Assembly: GCA_050949315.1 (NCBI GenBank)
Contig: JBMNFL010000001.1
Location: 832,001 to 896,000 of the forward strand
Source: Bacilli bacterium
GTDB lineage: Bacteria; Bacillota_I; Bacilli_A; RFN20; UBA1709
Direction of reading: 5' to 3'
DNA length: 64,000 nt
Both the position numbers and the translations under genes were made by a program. The stretch's first letter is position 1; every line of letters starts with the position of its first letter. Shown piece by piece: positions 57,764-64,000 of the stretch. The notes under the pieces were generated by a model. It saw only the letters and a list, made by a program, of their open reading frames with translations, searched no databases and had not been told where the DNA came from.

Positions 57764-60034
57764 GTGGCATTAACACCATGGAGTTGGACGGCTTCAAACG
57801 GCACGGCTTCGGCGGCGCAGACAAAGTCGGCACATACGGCGCTGACTTCAAGCGGAAACACCGCCGCTTTTCACCGCTATGTCTGGAATGATCTTGTAAA
57901 TAAAGTTAACCAAGTGCTCACCGCTTTGAATCTTTCATGGGCGGACACATACGGAACAATTTCAAACACCCGTATAAATTACGCCTACGAGGATCTGACC
58001 GCGGCACGATTTAACGCGGTTCGGTATAATACAAGGTACAACTCGTGGTCGTGGGAATATGATGCGTTAAATCCATGGTATACCGGCCGCACAGATTTCA
58101 GAGGTGTCGGCAGTGTGGGAGAGAGTGCCGCCGACATTGTGTACGGCAGATATTTTCTTGAACTTACCGAGCGACTGAATGTGGTCATAGGCATCATCAA
58201 CGGCACGACACCGACCGAGGATATGGATTTATCGCTCATTTCAAGCCTTTTGCCGGAGGCGGATTTATTCTCGGGAGCATCGACGGCACTTGGAGCGACC
58301 AAATCGGGAATTATTATCCCATCAGCAGCTTTGCAGTCCGAAAATCTGCCGAGTCTGACACTTCATATACTTGTACCTTCCCCCCTCGCACACGCCGCTT
58401 TGGAAACCGACGAAATCTCCTCACGCCTTGCGGGATACATATTTATGACCTGCTCGGTAGGAGAGCGCAGGTTGATACGACTTCCACCCGTGCCCCTTGC
58501 GGCGGTTATTCCGGTGGGAATGTCGGCACAGTCATTTATTGACACACTGCCGAGCCTTGGTTTTACTGCGGAAGCAGCGGGGTCTGCTGAAATTCTTGGG
58601 GCAATAAACAGCACCGAATCGAGAATTCTCGGCGGTTTTGCTCACTCCGGACATACGGTAATAGGCAGTGGAGTTTCACTCCCCATAAAGAACCCCGGAT
58701 GGTGTCACACACGAGTAAACCTTGATATACATAACACCCTCGTGGTGGAGATGGTCAGAGAGTTTGTGTCGATTGCGGCGATAAAGCTGACAGCGACACC
58801 GGCGCTCATGACCCGCCTACCGAGGGCGTTTTCATCGGGCATCGAACTGTTTTCGGGCACATATCCGAACATTGAAACCGCCCCGCCACTCGGCATAATT
58901 ACAGAAAACATAATAAACTCTCCCACGGTTTTAGCGACAGTAGGAACGGCACAGTTTATAAAGGATTTTATGGTTTCTGAATCCTTAAAGTCACCGACGT
59001 TTGTTGCAAAAGTCGAACTCGACCATATTTCAACCCTGCTTGGCGCTTATCTTAATATGCTGACGAGCGGCGAAGGGGTGCTTGAAAAAGTCGAGCCTGC
59101 TCTGTTTGGGCGGGTGACGGAGATTTTACTTCCGACAACTTCTGAAATGATCTCCGCTTTCGCCCCCATAATGGATTATGCTGTTAAAATAAATCTGGCA
59201 CAGCAAGTTGAGGGACATGCCGCCGTTGCAGGAATTCTGAGCAGATACACAGGCATCTCCCTTGACATTCGGGGTGACGGTAAGGCTTGTATTGCAGGAA
59301 TTCTTAATACCGACGTGTTGCAAAACAATCTTGAAATTACGGACACCCTCACTTCCGGCAAGTCCTCACCTACGGCGGCAAGGATAAGAGCGGCACACAC
59401 GGCGACAGGTGCGGCGAACAATCCGCAGTCAATTTCGGCGGGAGCTGATGCGCTGCTCTTTTTCTCGCCCGAAACGGCGGCAGAGCTTTCGGCACTGCAC
59501 GGCATGAGAGAACTTCTTGCGGGTGAGGTGTTTTCACACATTCTAAGCGGTGACATTGATATGATAACAAATGTCACCCCCGCACTTGCCACAGCCGGAA
59601 TTGACCTGTCGCAGACGAGCAAACTCGGATACGTTTTCTACGCCGACCTTGCGGCACTTCTCTCGATGAGGATTTCTTCAACAAGCGAACCCGACACCGA
59701 GGGCGGCGGGGGTTGGCAGTATCCGACCTATGATGAAGGTACAATAACGGTTTATCAGGTTTATCTGACCGAGGGCGATTCGTCTCACATTTTCCTCGAC
59801 CCGCTTGTGTCACTCACAAAGGTGGATATATCCCACGCCATCCACGGAACACCCGATTACCATATTACCGCACCGACTGCCGCCGAGAATAATTACGGCG
59901 TGAACATCACCTCATCGCTTAACTTCTTTGACCGCACACTTTGGGAAAGGCCTGTTCAGAGTGACGGTGACTTGTTTATCCGTCAGGCTTTTGCCGCTCA
60001 CCAAAAACAAACATACAAACTGGAGGTAATTTAA
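57764..60034 (+). CDS. large putative tail/baseplate protein of unknown family
   Basis: 756-aa ORF in the tail module with RBS GGAGGTGA; Ala/Ser/Thr/Ile-rich centre. Confidence 0.6.
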   Translation: MALTPWSWTASNGTASAAQTKSAHTALTSSGNTAAFHRYVWNDLVNKVNQVLTALNLSWADTYGTISNTRINYAYEDLTAARFNAVRYNTRYNSWSWEYDALNPWYTGRTDFRGVGSVGESAADIVYGRYFLELTERLNVVIGIINGTTPTEDMDLSLISSLLPEADLFSGASTALGATKSGIIIPSAALQSENLPSLTLHILVPSPLAHAALETDEISSRLAGYIFMTCSVGERRLIRLPPVPLAAVIPVGMSAQSFIDTLPSLGFTAEAAGSAEILGAINSTESRILGGFAHSGHTVIGSGVSLPIKNPGWCHTRVNLDIHNTLVVEMVREFVSIAAIKLTATPALMTRLPRAFSSGIELFSGTYPNIETAPPLGIITENIINSPTVLATVGTAQFIKDFMVSESLKSPTFVAKVELDHISTLLGAYLNMLTSGEGVLEKVEPALFGRVTEILLPTTSEMISAFAPIMDYAVKINLAQQVEGHAAVAGILSRYTGISLDIRGDGKACIAGILNTDVLQNNLEITDTLTSGKSSPTAARIRAAHTATGAANNPQSISAGADALLFFSPETAAELSALHGMRELLAGEVFSHILSGDIDMITNVTPALATAGIDLSQTSKLGYVFYADLAALLSMRISSTSEPDTEGGGGWQYPTYDEGTITVYQVYLTEGDSSHIFLDPLVSLTKVDISHAIHGTPDYHITAPTAAENNYGVNITSSLNFFDRTLWERPVQSDGDLFIRQAFAAHQKQTYKLEVI

Positions 60035-62364
60035 TGCCGAACATACTACTTAAAAACGAGATAGGCGAGGACGTGGAGTACGAAAACGTGGACACCGTGA
60101 CGCTTCGAAAGGCCGAGGGCGGGACTGCTACCTTTACCCACGGTCTGCCCGAGCCGACCGACAACTGGCGCATGATACAGGATTACAGGGATTCGTCCTC
60201 AGGCACAGGCACCCCTCTGCGTAATCTGTATACTGTTCACTCATGTCAGCTGGATAACGGACATCTCGTCTCCTCAAGCCTTGCGGACTTCGGGCTTTGG
60301 CTGCAGTCCACCTATGACGCGATTAAAATAGACGAGCGAAACTTTACCAACATGTACACAGTGGACGGCGGAGCGTTGCTTCTTTTTGGAAGTGCCCTGT
60401 ATTTTTATGAAACAAATTTGCGTCAGCTCACCCTGCTTGACAGTTACTGTGGCTCGTTTGGAAAGCCCATACAGATTGGGGATAAATATTATATCGGAGG
60501 GTCTGTAAGGTGGTTTATCTTTGATTCTGCGGCAAAAGAAGTCTTGTGCATTCTTGACGGTCACGGAAAAACAAGCAGCATGCAGCCTACAAGCTGTGAC
60601 GTCGGTGAGTGTTGGTTTTTTTCTTTTAACTCATACATATCGGCACATGCAGAACTGCGTGGAATATATCGGCTGGATAAGGCGACGCTCGAATTTGAGC
60701 AAATATTTTCCGAGGGGTACAGATGGATGCAGACTTACCGCTCGACGGCGGCACTGAGCAGCAGCGGAATAGGGGCCACAACCGGGGGCGGGTGCATTAT
60801 GGATATGGGGGACGGCACGGTGCTTATTTCTTCAAGCACGGCATCAAACGGATCGGGCGGATTTTTAAGATATGACAAGGACACGAAAACCGTCACCCGC
60901 GTTACAAGCGCCGCCTACTACTGGATGTATTACAGCTATTCATATTACGCAGCCGCGATAGGCTCCCGTGACTGCTCCACACATATCATCAAAGACCACG
61001 GCGTCTGCCTTACACCGAACTCGGGACACAGCTCCTCGGTCGGCGGCATGTGGTGGTATGATTACGCGACAAAGGAATTGACGCAAATTACAACCTACGG
61101 ACGCTATTATTACTGGTACGAAAGCGATGATGTTGCAATCGGCACATACAGCAACTATGGATGTGCTGTTTATGATAAAAATACCCGGCAATGGTATGTT
61201 CCCTCGACCTCCGGTACCTGTTATTGCGCTGCTGTATCGGAAGACGGCATTATTCTCGGCGGCGACAGCGCATCCACGGGATTGAAATATTATGATTTTC
61301 AAACCGAACAGCTTACCATGATAAACTCCTCGGGGCCTTGGTACTACGCATGTACCGTGCCGGAGGGGTTTCTGCTCTCCTCCGGAACGACAACCCGGCT
61401 CGGGGTCTGGCTTTTCAGAACCTCGGATAAATCCTTTACACAGGTCTGGGACAAGGGGTACGCTTGGATGATGAAACGCTGGAATGACACGGTGGTTCTG
61501 GGCTCATATCAGACAAATCAGGACTACAACGCTATTCTGATGTTCAAGAACGGAGAGTTAACCTGTATCAAGGACACGAACGCTGTCCGTATGTGCTATA
61601 TGGAAACGGTGGACGACGGAATAATCGTCGGTCGTGACTCAAATTCCTACTGCTACTTCGTGGACGGCACTACGGGCGAGATAACTCAACTTTCCACCGA
61701 CAACGGCTACTTCGGCAAGTACTTAAGCTCATGGTACGGACCCGGCGACTATAACAGGCACTCTCACGAGTATAACCGTAAATTCGGCAACTACCGCGTC
61801 ATAAGCGGCTATTCCTCCGACGCGGGGCTTATTTTTGATGAGATAAACCACCAGCCGCTCAGAATTTATAACTGGCTGAAGACGTCGGATACACCAAGTA
61901 CAAGCTCTACCTACCGTCTCTCACTCAACCGCCCTGTTTTCTATGAGCTTGACGGCGGCTGGGTTTTTATTATAGGCTCGGTGGGCTACCCCGTGATGTT
62001 CAACTATATAACCGGCACGGCGTACAGGTTTTATTCTGACAGCTTTTATTTCGGCGAGCAGAACGAGCACCCGCTCTCGCCCTACATCGTGCAGATTCCC
62101 ACCGACGGCGGGTTTCTGCTTTTTTCAAAAAGGTTTGACTACAATGTTCAGGAGAGCAACCTTAGCACCTCTTTCAGCGAGGGGGTTTTATTTGTCGATA
62201 CCGTGCTTTACAAGGCGACAAAAGTTTATCCGAGCGGCTACTATGACACCTACGAGGAAACCCCCGGAGGGTTTTATATTTATCTCGGAGGTTTTGAATA
62301 TTCCCAAAAGCTCTACTGGGACGCAGCAAACAGAACCATGACGCAAATTATTTCAGAAACTTAA
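60034..62364 (+). CDS. Tyr/Trp-rich multi-blade beta-propeller-like protein, candidate receptor-binding protein
   Basis: Recurring ~40-45 aa units G[ILM]x.YD..T...TQI...G..W. Confidence 0.6.
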   Translation: MPNILLKNEIGEDVEYENVDTVTLRKAEGGTATFTHGLPEPTDNWRMIQDYRDSSSGTGTPLRNLYTVHSCQLDNGHLVSSSLADFGLWLQSTYDAIKIDERNFTNMYTVDGGALLLFGSALYFYETNLRQLTLLDSYCGSFGKPIQIGDKYYIGGSVRWFIFDSAAKEVLCILDGHGKTSSMQPTSCDVGECWFFSFNSYISAHAELRGIYRLDKATLEFEQIFSEGYRWMQTYRSTAALSSSGIGATTGGGCIMDMGDGTVLISSSTASNGSGGFLRYDKDTKTVTRVTSAAYYWMYYSYSYYAAAIGSRDCSTHIIKDHGVCLTPNSGHSSSVGGMWWYDYATKELTQITTYGRYYYWYESDDVAIGTYSNYGCAVYDKNTRQWYVPSTSGTCYCAAVSEDGIILGGDSASTGLKYYDFQTEQLTMINSSGPWYYACTVPEGFLLSSGTTTRLGVWLFRTSDKSFTQVWDKGYAWMMKRWNDTVVLGSYQTNQDYNAILMFKNGELTCIKDTNAVRMCYMETVDDGIIVGRDSNSYCYFVDGTTGEITQLSTDNGYFGKYLSSWYGPGDYNRHSHEYNRKFGNYRVISGYSSDAGLIFDEINHQPLRIYNWLKTSDTPSTSSTYRLSLNRPVFYELDGGWVFIIGSVGYPVMFNYITGTAYRFYSDSFYFGEQNEHPLSPYIVQIPTDGGFLLFSKRFDYNVQESNLSTSFSEGVLFVDTVLYKATKVYPSGYYDTYEETPGGFYIYLGGFEYSQKLYWDAANRTMTQIISET

Positions 62365-62382
62365 AACAGGAGGATTTTAACT

Positions 62383-62796
62383 ATGGCATTTACTACTTAC
62401 GGCAGCACACAGGTGCTCAGCGGTCTTATTGGCAAAGGCTCGGGACCGCTCTCGAACTGCTACATTGCACTGTCAACAACCGCTCCAAATGCAGACGGCA
62501 CGAACTTCACCGAACCGCTTTCATCGGCGGGGTATGCGAGATCCATCATCGGTCTGTCAAGCACATCTGCCACTCAGGTGATGTCCTCGCCCTCGGGAGG
62601 GGCGACCTCGAACACAAGCATTATCTTCTTCCCGGAGGCGACCGCATCTTGGGGAACAGTGACACATTTCGGGCTTTACACCTCGCAGACGGGCGGCAAC
62701 CTTGTGCTTTACGGCACGCTGACAAATCCCATCGCCGTGGCGGCAAACTATGTGCCGCTTTTCCGTGTCGGCAATTTTTCGCTGACGCTTTCTTAA
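62383..62796 (+). CDS. small tail fibre/baseplate protein
   Basis: YIALST.AP...EP...GYAR, N...I.FPEAT.SWGTVTHFGL.....GGNL..YG.L. Confidence 0.75.
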   Translation: MAFTTYGSTQVLSGLIGKGSGPLSNCYIALSTTAPNADGTNFTEPLSSAGYARSIIGLSSTSATQVMSSPSGGATSNTSIIFFPEATASWGTVTHFGLYTSQTGGNLVLYGTLTNPIAVAANYVPLFRVGNFSLTLS

Positions 62797-62811
62797 GGGA
62801 GGTATATTTAT

Positions 62812-62958
62812 ATGGAAGAAAAGAAAAAAGAACCGAAATATCTTGACATGTCGGCTCATGCAGAGGTTAATGTACAGGAGCTGCTCGAAAAGCTTATACC
62901 TCCGAAACCTTTGGGGATAACCGAAAAGGAGACGAAAGAAAATGACGATAACAACTGA
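62812..62958 (+). CDS. small hypothetical protein (48 aa)
   Basis: GGGAGG RBS, MEEKKKEPKYLDMSAH...; overlaps the next start. Confidence 0.45.
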   Translation: MEEKKKEPKYLDMSAHAEVNVQELLEKLIPPKPLGITEKETKENDDNN

Positions 62959-63211
62959 AACCATAATTACAGCGGCAGCGATAATAACCTCTCTTGTGGT
63001 TATCTTCGGTGCTATTTTTACGATTTTTCGCTGGTATCTGAAACAGGAAAAGCAGGATAGGGATATTAAGGACATCAAGGAAGAACAGCTGATTCTTACC
63101 ATCGGCGTGCTTGCCTGCCTAAAAGGTCTTGAGGAGCAGGGCTGTGACGGCCCTGTCACCGACGCCATCGCCAGTATTGAAGCTCACATAAACAAACAGG
63201 CACATAAATAA
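62942..63211 (+). CDS. single-TM holin-like / lysis-module membrane protein
   Basis: One TM, then IKEEQ......LACL.GL.EQGC.GPV. Confidence 0.6.
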   Translation: MTITTETIITAAAIITSLVVIFGAIFTIFRWYLKQEKQDRDIKDIKEEQLILTIGVLACLKGLEEQGCDGPVTDAIASIEAHINKQAHK

Positions 63212-63501
63212 TGGAGGAAAGAACTATGACAGACATAATGACCATACCCGCAATTGCGGCGATAGTTTACACTATAATTGATATTACAAAAACCGCTTGC
63301 GGTGGTGACGAAAAGTTCAAACGCTTCATTCCGCTCATATCCGCTTTGCTCGGCGCCGTATTAGGCGTCGTATCTTTTTTCTGTGTTCCGGGGGTTATTG
63401 AAACGCAGAATATCATTGTGGCAATAGTACTGGGAGCGGCAAGCGGACTGTCCGCTACGGGTACCAATCAGGTGGTGAAACAACTGACTAAAGATAAATA
63501 A
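63211..63501 (+). CDS. phage holin
   Basis: Three TM helices; KRFIP, GAASGLSATG.NQ..KQL. Confidence 0.85.
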   Translation: MEERTMTDIMTIPAIAAIVYTIIDITKTACGGDEKFKRFIPLISALLGAVLGVVSFFCVPGVIETQNIIVAIVLGAASGLSATGTNQVVKQLTKDK

Positions 63502-63684
63502 TTACTCAACAAAGCCTACTGTGGATTATTTCGTGGAATTATAAATCTATATTAAACCCATAAAAAACACAAGCTTATCGTGGAGAAATCTGCGGTAGGC
63601 TTGTGTTTTCTAACTGGGGTTAAAGTGGACTCATTTTATTTGACAGACACTTGAGTAAATAATTTTAGAAAGAGGTTAACCGTT

Positions 63685-64000
63685 ATGACGAAAGAACAAA
63701 AACAGAAAATAACCGAACTTGCTGCCTTTGGAAAAGGCTATAAGTTCATCGCAGATTATCTGGGCGTTTCTCTGGATACTGTGAAATCCTATATGAGAAG
63801 AAACAGTATAAAGGTAGCTGCGGTGCAGATTCAGCAAAAGACGTATGAGGGGGTCCTTTGCCGCAATTGTGGAGCGGTGCTCGTCCATAAACCCGGATTT
63901 AAAAAGAAGTCCTTCTGCTCCGACAAGTGCCGCAGGAATTGGTGGAATGCACATGAATTCGAGATGAATAAGCATTCAGAAACACTGCATACCTGTGAAC
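63685..64000 (+). CDS. HTH + Zn-finger regulator, 3'-partial (type usually preceding serine recombinases)
   Basis: GKGYK.IA..LGVS..TVKSY.RR; CRNCG...KSFCSDKCR..WWNAH. Confidence 0.75.
   Translation, partial: MTKEQKQKITELAAFGKGYKFIADYLGVSLDTVKSYMRRNSIKVAAVQIQQKTYEGVLCRNCGAVLVHKPGFKKKSFCSDKCRRNWWNAHEFEMNKHSETLHTCE

Larger units (their letters stand above)
33900..64000 (+). mobile_element. siphovirus-type prophage, probably defective, continuing past the window end
   Basis: Co-oriented replication, packaging, head, tail and holin modules; clearly higher GC than the host segment. Confidence 0.92.

Noticed and set aside
60034-62796. Diversity-generating retroelement target in the tail genes
   Set aside because: No reverse transcriptase and no template/variable repeat pair was seen in the window.

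Overview
The window has three parts. (1) About 1-22 kb is AT-rich host chromosome read in the standard code, probably a reduced-genome Bacillota/Bacilli lineage (inference). It carries a degenerate ApbE-like gene, a RimK + GlpA-like + alkyl-DHAP-synthase-like operon, rpmE, two tRNA-Pro genes, a DUF523-IspD fusion coupled to psuG, pyrG and apt. It ends with a c-di-GMP-I riboswitch controlling two SipW/TasA-class fibre genes. (2) About 22-33.7 kb is a collapsed accessory island. It holds a complete IS256 with an 8-bp target duplication, a cluster of rlmD/rumA-type att half-sites, ODP and rubrerythrin remnants, a chimeric REC-PAS-EAL-HAMP-GGDEF-HD-GYP protein, a Mod/REC-Hpt deletion junction and an intact ABC-three-component (Lamassu-like) defence operon. 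(3) About 33.9-64 kb is a GC-richer siphovirus-type prophage that runs off the right edge. It has an RBS-sequestering RNA switch ahead of its sigma-like gene, an HNH-split and frameshifted SNF2 helicase, PolA, an in-frame primase::methyltransferase deletion fusion, and intact head and tail genes. No small terminase, Dit or endolysin is recognisable. All family calls come from motif recognition by eye; no database searches were run.
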